Origin: Deltaproteobacteria bacterium
GTDB lineage: Bacteria; Desulfobacterota; Desulfomonilia; Desulfomonilales; Desulfomonilaceae
DNA length: 32,000 nt
Direction of reading: 5' to 3'
NCBI GenBank assembly: GCA_036821825.1
Contig: DAISIV010000040.1
Coordinates: 39 to 32,038, forward strand
Shown piece after piece: positions 9,944 through 18,436 of this stretch. Each line of letters begins with the position of its first letter. The first letter of the stretch is position 1. The notes under the pieces were generated by a model, which had not been told where the DNA came from, ran no database searches, and saw only the letters and a program-made list of their open reading frames with translations. The position numbers and the translations under genes were made by a program.

Positions 9944-12532
9944 ATGGATTTTATCGAACGGCTCAAGGAAATCGTAGGCCCCAGGAACATCACTGTTTCA
10001 CCGGTAGATTGTCTGGCTTATTCGAGAGACATGTCGATCCATTCTGGAACACCGCAAGCGGTTCTGTTTGTTAGTAACACCGAACAGGTCAGCCAGATAG
10101 TCAAGTTGGCCAATGAAAACAAGATTCCCGTAACAGCTAGAGGGACCGGCTCTTCAGTGACCGGGGCAGTTCTGCCAATCAAAGGCGGTTTGATACTGGA
10201 TTTCACCAGGATGAATTCTGTTCTTGAAATAAACAAGGCTGACTCTTATGCGGTTGTGGAGCCTGGTGTAATCTGCAACGCGTTGAACGCCAAGCTCGCT
10301 CCCTCCCATTTCTTTCCACCTGACCCGGGGAGCGCTGCAATAGCCACCATCGGAGGAATGATTTCAACTAATGCCAGTGGAGTAAGAGCCGCAAAATACG
10401 GAACAACCAAAAATTATGTAAAAGGACTGACCGTGGTAATGGCGGATGGTCGAATCATCAAGACCGGAGATATTGCGCCCAAGAGCACTGCAGGTTACGA
10501 CCTTACACAGTTGTTTGCCAGTTCCGAAGGCACACTGGGAATCATCACCGAGGCCACGGTAAGGATTCTCCCCATGCCCGAATATGAGGCCTTTGCAAAA
10601 GCCTCTTTCCCCGATGTCGATACAGCCGGAAAGGCTGTCGAGAAAATGTTCACGTCAGGCCTTGAACTGGCGACATGTGAAATACTGGACAACGCATGCA
10701 TACAGGTGGCCAGGGAAGCTCTGAAAATGGATATCCCGCCCGAAGTCAACTGCCAGTTGTTCATGGGGATAGACGGCCCAAAAGCCGCAGTCCAGGAACA
10801 GATAGAAAAAATCAATGAGATATGCAAATCAGTCGGTGGTATAGAAAACATCTGGTCCGACAATCCGGTCGAGAAGGCCCAGTTGTTTGCGGCACGCGGT
10901 GGACTTGTACCAGCCATGAGCCGCCTCCAACCACATCACAGGCTTGTCCCGCTTGTTGAAGATTTTGGCGTTCCAATAAGCCGAATACCTGAAACAATAG
11001 CTGAGATTCAGAAAATCGGTGACAAATATGGCTTCCCGGTGGCCACATTCGGGCATATCGGGGACGGAAACCTGCACGCCACCTTTATCATGAACCCAAC
11101 CCTGCCGGAACACTGGGAAAAAGTTAAGAATATCGCGCTCGAATTCATCGACATGACATTGCGTCTTGGAGGGACTGTTTCCGCCGAACATGGTGTTGGA
11201 ATGGCTAAAGCTCCTTACATCGGGAGACAACTCGGGGAATCTCTCAATGTCATGACGCAGATAAAGAAGGCCTTGGATCCAAACAATATTTTAAACCCGG
11301 GAAAAATGGGTTTCGAAGATTCAATCACTGATATTCTGGATGAAAACAGTTTCATTAACTATCTGAAACATCCTGATAAAATACAACACTTCAGCGAAGA
11401 AGTTGATAATGAGATACTCGCCTGCATTCAGTGTGGCTTCTGTCGGGCCGGGTGTCCTACTTTTGGAGAAACATCTCTGGAATCGCTTAACGCAAAGGGC
11501 AGGGTCACCCTTGCGTTCAATATGCTCTCAGGCAACGTGGAACCGTCCGAAGACCTTGCCAAAAGACTCTATCAGTGCATGTTGTGCCTAAACTGCAAAT
11601 TTGTCTGTCCGGCGAAAGTGAATGTTTCAGACATCATCAGAAGCGCTAGGCAAAGGTTGGTTGAGCATGGTTTCCTTCCGGAATCCTTCAAACCTGCCTT
11701 GACCTCGATGCTTGAGGCAGCCAACCCCTTGCTGGCTCCTCCAGAAAAGAGAGCTGACAGCTTCCCGGCCAATTTCAAAAAAGCCATTCCAGGAGAGACA
11801 GAAGCAATCGTTCATGTGGGTTGCGTGACAGGTTTTCAGGATGTCAAAATAATTCCGTCAATGATCGACATAATGGAGAAAACAGGCATCAAATATGGAG
11901 CGCTAGCAGAGGAAGAAACCTGCTGTGGTTATTTGGCCTACCTGGTAGGCGACATGGACACTTTCAACAAAACCATGAAAACCTATGAAGAGAAACTGGC
12001 CGCATACAAGCCGAAGAGCCTCATAACCTCTTGCGCAGGCTGCCTGAAGACTTTTAGAGACCTCTATCCCCATTACGGAGCTTCTAATGGCTATGTGGTG
12101 TCGCATATCGTAGAACTTCTGGATAAGCTTGCACAGGAAAACAAACTGAAGTTCAAGGAGGACGCCCAACCTGTGAAGGTGATTTATCATGATCCTTGTG
12201 ATATGGGACGTCACATGGGTGTTTACGAACCGCCTCGAAATGTTCTTAAGGCCATCCCCGGGGTTGAACTCCTGGAATTCCCGATGAATCGGAACCTGGC
12301 GAAATGTTGTGGTGGTGGCGGTGGCATGAAGGGTTTCGACAACGAAATGGCTTCCGATATAGGTTTCAAGAGGCTTCTCTCAGCGATTGAGCTGGGGGCT
12401 GAAATCCTCGTATCCGCATGCCCGTCATGCAAAGGGTCTTTCAATCAGGCGGCCGCCCGCGCCCGTAAAGAGAAAAAAGGCAAGATCAAGGTAATGGATA
12501 TCACGGAACTGGTTTCCAGCCGATTGGCCTAG
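9944..12532 (+). CDS. Fused FAD-linked oxidase (GlcD/D-lactate dehydrogenase-like) plus 4Fe-4S/CCG-domain protein (GlcF-like)
   Basis: The track starts at TTG 9908. ATG at 9944, preceded by GAGGAGC, is more plausible. N-terminal FAD PP-loop (PVTARGTGSSVTGAVLPIKGGLILDFTRMN) and GHIGDGNLHATF; then CIQCGFCRAGCP, CMLCLNCKFVCPAKVN, and CCG motifs CCGYLAYL and CCGGGGGMKGF. Confidence 0.92.
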   Translation: MDFIERLKEIVGPRNITVSPVDCLAYSRDMSIHSGTPQAVLFVSNTEQVSQIVKLANENKIPVTARGTGSSVTGAVLPIKGGLILDFTRMNSVLEINKADSYAVVEPGVICNALNAKLAPSHFFPPDPGSAAIATIGGMISTNASGVRAAKYGTTKNYVKGLTVVMADGRIIKTGDIAPKSTAGYDLTQLFASSEGTLGIITEATVRILPMPEYEAFAKASFPDVDTAGKAVEKMFTSGLELATCEILDNACIQVAREALKMDIPPEVNCQLFMGIDGPKAAVQEQIEKINEICKSVGGIENIWSDNPVEKAQLFAARGGLVPAMSRLQPHHRLVPLVEDFGVPISRIPETIAEIQKIGDKYGFPVATFGHIGDGNLHATFIMNPTLPEHWEKVKNIALEFIDMTLRLGGTVSAEHGVGMAKAPYIGRQLGESLNVMTQIKKALDPNNILNPGKMGFEDSITDILDENSFINYLKHPDKIQHFSEEVDNEILACIQCGFCRAGCPTFGETSLESLNAKGRVTLAFNMLSGNVEPSEDLAKRLYQCMLCLNCKFVCPAKVNVSDIIRSARQRLVEHGFLPESFKPALTSMLEAANPLLAPPEKRADSFPANFKKAIPGETEAIVHVGCVTGFQDVKIIPSMIDIMEKTGIKYGALAEEETCCGYLAYLVGDMDTFNKTMKTYEEKLAAYKPKSLITSCAGCLKTFRDLYPHYGASNGYVVSHIVELLDKLAQENKLKFKEDAQPVKVIYHDPCDMGRHMGVYEPPRNVLKAIPGVELLEFPMNRNLAKCCGGGGGMKGFDNEMASDIGFKRLLSAIELGAEILVSACPSCKGSFNQAAARARKEKKGKIKVMDITELVSSRLA

Positions 12533-12594
12533 AATAACGCAAGCCTAATGTAGCCCGCACGAGGCTGTGAGTTTTTGAGTCAGAGCCTGAAGCG

Positions 12595-13785
12595 TTACTC
12601 AAACCTCATGGCCTCGGCCGCATCCAGTCTGCTGGCCTTTCTGGCAGGTAGATAGCCTGAGCTTATACCTAGAATAAATCCAAAAATGACCCCTCCTACC
12701 ACACTGATCATAAACATCAAGTATGACGGTGTGGTGGCGAGGACGATCTTGAGAATCTGGACGGACACGGTCCCGACTATTATCCCTAGCAGGGCGCCTA
12801 CCAGACTTAAGGTTACCGCTTCTACGAGGAACTGATTCATGATCATGTCCTCGGTTGCGCCAACAGCCTTCCTGAGGCCTATCTCCTTGGTCCTTTCCCG
12901 CACAGCAGCCAGCATGACGTTTGTTATGCCGAGCCCTCCAAGTATAACGATTACGATGAGCGCCGCGTATAAAAAGAGCTTTACGATCAACACAGCATGC
13001 TTGATTGTCCTGATCCGTTCAGAAAAAACCCTGATCTCCATGGCTTCACTGTAACCGGGCTGATTCCTGACCAGAATTTCATGAACCTTGTGTTGCAAAT
13101 CGTCAATGACATCCCAGTTGATGGCCCGCACATAGATGTCCTTTATTTCGTACATCCCGGGAAAACGAGAACGTGCAACGGATAAGGGAATCAGTATGCT
13201 CTCCATGAACGAGGCGTCTTCAACCCCACCTATGATTCCCACTATCCTAAAATAGTGCCCACCTATAAATATCTGTTTGTTCAAAGGGTCAGGATCATCC
13301 CCCATCAAAAGCCTGATCACGGTTGAGCCGACAACACAAACATTATTTTTCCATGCCACATCGTCGTCCGTTATTCGGCGGCCTTCAGCAACCGGAATAT
13401 GAATAGTGTCAAAAAATTTCTCGTCTACCCCCAGCAGGCGGGCAGGCATTTTTTTCAGGTTGTAGCTGACCTCGTAACCACTAAATACCGCCGGCGAGAC
13501 ATGCCTGACTCCCGGTAGCTTCTGAAGATCCTCTATGTCCTTGTGGAAATATTGGCCGCCGTGCTTCTTGGGACTCTTGCTGTAATCAAAGTAGGCCTTG
13601 ATGATTGTTGCGCTTCCCAACAATTCCAGATTGTTGCCCAAATCAGATTCAACTGCTCCTCCCATGGTAAGGATGATTATGATCCCGGCGATCCCAAGGG
13701 AAATTCCTATCAAAACGCTCTTGTACCTTCTTTTGTTCCGGTATATCTGTCTTAAGGCTATCGTCGCCAAATCTGCAGTTTGCAT
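12595..13785 (-). CDS. MacB/FtsX-type ABC transporter permease, no adjacent ATPase
   Basis: 396 aa with an N-terminal TM, a periplasmic domain and KEIGLRKAVGATEDMIMNQFLVEAVTLSLVGALLGIIVG, ending ARKASRLDAAEAMRFE. Confidence 0.9.
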   Translation of the reverse strand: MQTADLATIALRQIYRNKRRYKSVLIGISLGIAGIIIILTMGGAVESDLGNNLELLGSATIIKAYFDYSKSPKKHGGQYFHKDIEDLQKLPGVRHVSPAVFSGYEVSYNLKKMPARLLGVDEKFFDTIHIPVAEGRRITDDDVAWKNNVCVVGSTVIRLLMGDDPDPLNKQIFIGGHYFRIVGIIGGVEDASFMESILIPLSVARSRFPGMYEIKDIYVRAINWDVIDDLQHKVHEILVRNQPGYSEAMEIRVFSERIRTIKHAVLIVKLFLYAALIVIVILGGLGITNVMLAAVRERTKEIGLRKAVGATEDMIMNQFLVEAVTLSLVGALLGIIVGTVSVQILKIVLATTPSYLMFMISVVGGVIFGFILGISSGYLPARKASRLDAAEAMRFE

Positions 13786-13961
13786 TCTTTCTAAACCTAA
13801 TGAGAATGAATCGGTAGCGTCTGTAACAAGGATAAATAGACTATTTCGAGCTTGGCTTCAAGGCTTACGACAGCAGGTCGCGGCTTTGGCTGATTTGTGG
13901 AATGGTAATAAAGCATCACTCCCCCACCATGCTGCACTCAATGAAACAACCACCGCTCCAA

Positions 13962-16613
13962 TCAGTTGCTCTCCTCGGTCGAATATTTTTTCTTCCAAGA
14001 ATTGATCAAATTGAGAGCGTCAAGCGGAGTCATTTCATCGACTTTGAGACTCTGAACTTCACGTATCAGATCATTTGACCCTGAGGAAAACATCTCAAGT
14101 TGAGAGACATTCGTAGCTGATTTCTTTTTGGTTTTTCTGGATCTAGAAATTTTTGGGGAACCTACAGTGTCTATCTCATCCTTTTCAAGATTCTGAAGAA
14201 TCTCGCCAGCTCTCTTGATGACATCCTCAGGGATTCCTGCCAACCTGGCAACCTGAATACCATAGGATCTGTTGGCCCCACCAGGCGCAACCTTTCTCAA
14301 AAAAACTATTTTGTCATTCCACTCTTTAACCTGGAAGTGGTAGTTCCGAACCCGTTCCTTTATCAGGGAAATATCCACCAACTCGTGATAATGCGTTGCA
14401 AACATTGTTCGAGGCCCTTTTCTGTCCGCACGGTCGTGGATGTATTCCGTCACAGCCCATGCAATGGACAAACCATCAAAGGTGCTCGTTCCGCGTCCAA
14501 CCTCGTCAAGAAGAGCCAATGATCGTTGGGTAGAGCTGTTTAGCATTTCAGCCGTTTCACTCATCTCAACCAGGAAAGTGGATTGGCCGAAAGCAAGATA
14601 ATCTGCCGCTCCGATTCTCGTGAAAATTCTGTCAACGATCCCTATCGAGGCATCTGCGGCAGGAACGAAACTACCCATTTGAGCCATCAGCACTATCAGG
14701 GCAGTCTGACGCATGTACGTCGATTTGCCCGCCATGTTGGGGCCTGTGATGATAAGTATCTGATGGGTAGTGTGATCAAGATACGTGTCATTGGGGACAT
14801 AGTTTTCACGGTTTTCGAATGTTTCCACAACCGGATGCCGACCCTCGACGATCTTTATTTCATCACCGTTGTGAATCTTCGCTCTGGAATAATTCCTGGT
14901 CGCAGCAATTTCAGCAAAACATGCCAACACATCGAGAATCGCTATTTTAGTGGCGGTGTCCTGTATCCGTCCTAGTACCTGTATAAGATTGTTTCTCAGG
15001 GTTTCGAAGATTTTCTCTTCAATCTCCAGGATCCTGTCCTGGGCAGTCAAGACCTTCAGTTCGTATTCTTTCAATTCCTCGGTAATGTAACGTTCGGAGT
15101 TTACAAGGGTCTGCTTCCTGCTGTACGTCGACGGAACCTTCCCCTGATTACTTTTCGTGACCTCGATGAAATAGCCGAAAACCCTGTTGTAGCCTACCTT
15201 GAGGTTATTGATTCCGGTGGACTGCCTTTCTCGAGACTCTATTTCGGCTATCCACTGTTTCCCGCTCCTGCCGATCTCACGTAGTTCATCCAACTGCAGA
15301 TTGAAGCCCGGCCTGATTGTTCCACCATCCTTGATACTGGCTGGTGGAGAATCCGACAAGGACTCCCTGATAGCGTGAGTCACATAGGACAAATCGTCTG
15401 CCTGACATAGTTCAGCCAGCATTGGATTTTCCTGGGAGGACAGTAGACTTACAAGGAGAGGAAGTTTTTCGGTGGAATTGGCCAATTGAACCAGATCACG
15501 GGGTAATACATTCTTCAACGCAATCTTTCCAACTATGCGGTCAATATCACAGATTTCCTTCAATAAATCCCTGACTTCCACTCGTAGCTGACTTTGTTCT
15601 ACAAGTTCTCCGACCGCCTGGCTCCGCTTGTCTATCGCTTCTACGTCCATCAACGGATAGGATATCCAATTCCTAAGTAGTCTGGAGCCCATAGATGTTC
15701 GTGTTTTATCAATTATGCCCGTCAATGATCCCGAGGCTGACCCATCCTTCATATTCCTGAAAATTTCGAGGTTTCTCATGGTGCCGTGATCCAGAACCAT
15801 GAATTCGCTAAGGCTGTAATGAAAAGGTGGTTTCACATGAACCGGGGTTTCAAGCCTATTCTGTTTGACATAGTTTAGCAAAGCCCCTACCGACATTGAG
15901 GAACACGAAGCGTCATCAAACCCGAATCCCTGGAGGTTTTGCACACCAAAGAGGTCTTTTACAAGATCCGACGCAGTCTTCGGTTCGAACATCCAATCCT
16001 CTAATTCCCTGAAGTACTGGTCTTCCTTTAGGATAGGGCCGAATTTTGCGTGTTCCCTGAAATCGGCGCTGACAAGAACTTCCCGCGGATTTATCCTTTG
16101 TAGTTCCTGCTCTGCCAGGGAAACAACAGATGTCGATGTCACTCGCAACTCACCCGTCGACAAATCAAACGAGGATATTCCTATTTCCCTGGGTTTGGTC
16201 GCCAAACACACTATAAAATGATTTTCCTGTGGATTCAGAAGCTCGGCGTCGTCCGTAAGCCCTGGCGTTATAACCCTCGTCACTTCCCTCTTTACTATCC
16301 CCTTGGCGTCTCGAGGATTCTCAATCTGGTCGCACACTGCCACTCGCTCACCAGCAGCCAGAAGTTTTGATATGTAATTGGAGGCAGCGTGGTGGGGAAA
16401 TCCACACATCGGAACTTTCTCTTCCCTGTTACGATCCCTAGTTGTTAACGAAATATTTAGTATTTTAGAGGCCTTCTTCGCATCATCAAAAAACATCTCA
16501 TAAAAATCCCCCATCCTGAACAAAAGAATCGCATCAGGATGTCGACTCTTTTGGTCGCTATACTGGAGCATCATGGGAGTAATGTTGTGGGGGGCGCTCA
16601 TCAGGTCTTTCAT
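13962..16613 (-). CDS. mutS: DNA mismatch repair protein MutS
   Basis: 883 aa with a mismatch-recognition region (RMGDFYEMFFDDA), Walker A ITGPNMAGKSTYMRQ, LLDEVGRGTSTFDGLSIAWA and ATHYHEL. Confidence 0.98.
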   Translation of the reverse strand: MKDLMSAPHNITPMMLQYSDQKSRHPDAILLFRMGDFYEMFFDDAKKASKILNISLTTRDRNREEKVPMCGFPHHAASNYISKLLAAGERVAVCDQIENPRDAKGIVKREVTRVITPGLTDDAELLNPQENHFIVCLATKPREIGISSFDLSTGELRVTSTSVVSLAEQELQRINPREVLVSADFREHAKFGPILKEDQYFRELEDWMFEPKTASDLVKDLFGVQNLQGFGFDDASCSSMSVGALLNYVKQNRLETPVHVKPPFHYSLSEFMVLDHGTMRNLEIFRNMKDGSASGSLTGIIDKTRTSMGSRLLRNWISYPLMDVEAIDKRSQAVGELVEQSQLRVEVRDLLKEICDIDRIVGKIALKNVLPRDLVQLANSTEKLPLLVSLLSSQENPMLAELCQADDLSYVTHAIRESLSDSPPASIKDGGTIRPGFNLQLDELREIGRSGKQWIAEIESRERQSTGINNLKVGYNRVFGYFIEVTKSNQGKVPSTYSRKQTLVNSERYITEELKEYELKVLTAQDRILEIEEKIFETLRNNLIQVLGRIQDTATKIAILDVLACFAEIAATRNYSRAKIHNGDEIKIVEGRHPVVETFENRENYVPNDTYLDHTTHQILIITGPNMAGKSTYMRQTALIVLMAQMGSFVPAADASIGIVDRIFTRIGAADYLAFGQSTFLVEMSETAEMLNSSTQRSLALLDEVGRGTSTFDGLSIAWAVTEYIHDRADRKGPRTMFATHYHELVDISLIKERVRNYHFQVKEWNDKIVFLRKVAPGGANRSYGIQVARLAGIPEDVIKRAGEILQNLEKDEIDTVGSPKISRSRKTKKKSATNVSQLEMFSSGSNDLIREVQSLKVDEMTPLDALNLINSWKKKYSTEESN

Positions 16614-16796
16614 TTTCAGAATTGAATGAGGTTTACTCTATGAAATCTCTCTCGTCCGACACATCTAGTGACCGCTGTTATTTTTGTTGATGCAGACCAA
16701 GGAGTACAAAGACTTTTCTACAACATAAATTTCTGAACTCCAAGTATCTGGAGCGCCTTGACCACTGTGAGTCGAAATTTATGCGAACCTTAATGG

Positions 16797-16825
16797 TTGA
16801 CATTGACGAAATACATTATTACATA
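16797..16825 (+). promoter_or_regulatory. Candidate sigma70 promoter for the arsR-hgcAB cluster (TTGACA, 17-bp spacer, TACATA)
   Basis: TTGACA at 16797-16802 and TACATA at 16820-16825. An exact TATAAT also lies at 16824-16829, but with a 21-bp spacer. Overlapped by the palindrome below. Confidence 0.5.
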
Positions 16826-16835
16826 TAATAATGTA
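16812..16835. promoter_or_regulatory. Candidate ArsR/SmtB-family operator: 24-bp palindrome TACATTATTACATATAATAATGTA
   Basis: Comparison with its own reverse complement (TACATTATTATATGTAATAATGTA) gives 22 of 24 identical positions. It overlaps the likely -10 and sits just upstream of an ArsR-family gene. Confidence 0.75.
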
Positions 16836-16859
16836 ACATTTCAGAAGGACAAACGGTTC

Positions 16860-17222
16860 ATGGATCCACGACTAAACGATGCATGCTGCCCCGATAAGCC
16901 TCATCTAAAAGATCGTCCGCTTATTTCCGACAACATGGCTAAAAAAGTTGAGTCTCTATTCAAACTCCTGTCAAACGCCACTCGACTCAGGATGTTGCAC
17001 GCCCTGACTATTAAAGGTGAGATGGGAGTAAGTGAGCTATCGTCAAAAATTGGCATGAAACCTCAGGCAGTGTCCAATCAGCTACAAAAGATGATGGACA
17101 GAGGCGTACTCACCCAGCGCCGAGACGGACTCAGGGTGATCTATTCCATCCGGGATTCCTGTGTAATAGGGCTTCTGGAACAGGGACTCTGCCTGATTGA
17201 AGACTTGCAAACCGATCAGTGA
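16860..17222 (+). CDS. ArsR/SmtB-family winged-helix metal(loid)-responsive transcriptional regulator
   Basis: The track starts at 16797, inside the promoter. ATG at 16860 with upstream AGAAGGA (16843-16849) gives 120 aa: MDPRLNDACCPDKPH...KVESLFKLLSNATRLRMLHALTIKGEMGVSELSSKIGMKPQAVSNQLQKMMDRGVLTQRRDGLRVIYSIRDSCVIGLLEQGLCLIED, an ArsR-type HTH with candidate metal-ligand Cys/His residues. Confidence 0.9.
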   Translation: MDPRLNDACCPDKPHLKDRPLISDNMAKKVESLFKLLSNATRLRMLHALTIKGEMGVSELSSKIGMKPQAVSNQLQKMMDRGVLTQRRDGLRVIYSIRDSCVIGLLEQGLCLIEDLQTDQ

Positions 17223-17360
17223 CCAGGGGTTTATATTAGGATGAGCATTCAATTTTTGGAGACAAGTGTGCCTAAACGGCCTGTAAATAGCTCGCTAGAG
17301 CTGGATCTAACGGCTTTATCATCACAGGGCACGACTTGATGTTCAGTCAAGGAGACTCAG

Positions 17361-18422
17361 TTGAGTCCTCCAAGCATCAACCAACCTTTTGTGACAGGAG
17401 TTATCGAGACGGCTGCAGGAAAAATACCGGTCGTCTCAAGGGTGATAACTTTAAAGGACCGTTTGGGCTCGATGAAAGTCCGTTGCGGAATCGGCCGGAG
17501 TTCTTATCGCGTTGATCCAGGGTTGTATGCTTTGGGAAACCCGGATTCAGAGTCCGAGATTTTGGTCACAGCCAATTACAAGCTCACGTTTGACACACTC
17601 AGGGCATGCGTTGGAGAGCGATCATTCTGGTTGCTGGTTTTGGACACACATGGGGTCAATGTCTGGTGCGCGGCCGGGAAGGGGACTTTTGGCACAGATC
17701 AACTCGTTAGCAGGATAGGATCGTCCCGCTTGCACTTACTCGTAAGACACAGGCGCCTGATAGTTCCACAATTGGCGGCTCCGGGAATATCTGCTTGGGA
17801 AGTCAAGAAGATGTCGGGATTCAAAGTGATTTTTGGGCCAGTTGAATGCCTTGATTTGGCTGAATTTATGGACAATGGATTGGTGGCGTCCCGGTCAATG
17901 CGGTTTAAAAATTTCGGTCTTGCAGACAGAGCCACGCTCATTCCAGTGGAATTGTTGCACTCGATGAAGATAGGAGTGTGTTTCAGTTTTCTCAGTCTGA
18001 TCCTGGGTGGATTTTTGGGACAAAATCATTTTTTTGAAAACGCTGTCAAATATGGCGGAGTGATGAGCGCGGCTATTTTCATCGGCATATTTTCCGGGGC
18101 AGTCCTTGGCCCATTGCTTTTGCCGTGGCTTCCGAGTCGTTCTTTTGCGGCAAAGGGCGCCGTAATTGGGATGATTACACCTATGACCATTTTGGCTCTA
18201 ACTAAAGGATTTCTTGATTCTACATGGTCTCTTTGGGAGGCCGGGACAATATTTATGGTGTCTATGGCGGCGGCGTCCTGTTTGACAATGAATTTTACGG
18301 GCTCTTCTGTTTTTACTTCTTTATCCGGCGTCAGGAAGGAAATGAAATGGGCAATCCCTTTTCAGATAGTGGTTCTTGCATGTGGCCTGGTAGCCTGGGC
18401 GGTGTCATTTTTGGCGGAGTAA
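17361..18422 (+). CDS. hgcA: HgcA, corrinoid-dependent mercury methyltransferase membrane protein
   Basis: 353 aa, TTG start with GGAG 6 nt upstream. Hallmark cap-helix motif NVWCAAGKGTFGT (NVWCAAGK at 17658-17681, Cys103), family landmarks VTGVIETAAGKIPVVSR, DRLGSMKVRCGIGRSSYRVDPGLYALGNP, VLVTANYK-like ILVTANYKLTFDTLR, PQLAAPG and a C-terminal multi-TM domain. Immediately followed by hgcB. Confidence 0.97.
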   Translation: MSPPSINQPFVTGVIETAAGKIPVVSRVITLKDRLGSMKVRCGIGRSSYRVDPGLYALGNPDSESEILVTANYKLTFDTLRACVGERSFWLLVLDTHGVNVWCAAGKGTFGTDQLVSRIGSSRLHLLVRHRRLIVPQLAAPGISAWEVKKMSGFKVIFGPVECLDLAEFMDNGLVASRSMRFKNFGLADRATLIPVELLHSMKIGVCFSFLSLILGGFLGQNHFFENAVKYGGVMSAAIFIGIFSGAVLGPLLLPWLPSRSFAAKGAVIGMITPMTILALTKGFLDSTWSLWEAGTIFMVSMAAASCLTMNFTGSSVFTSLSGVRKEMKWAIPFQIVVLACGLVAWAVSFLAE

Positions 18423-18436
18423 AATAGGCTGGAACA

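Noticed and set aside
16797-16859. Upstream extension of the ArsR ORF (MTLTKYIITYNNVTFQKDKRF)
   Set aside because: This start coincides with the TTGACA promoter element and runs through the palindromic operator. ATG 16860 with an RBS is a better start.
17512-17941. Alternate-frame ORFs within hgcA (+17512..17718, -17699..17941)
   Set aside because: They overlap the strongly supported hgcA coding sequence and have no family features.
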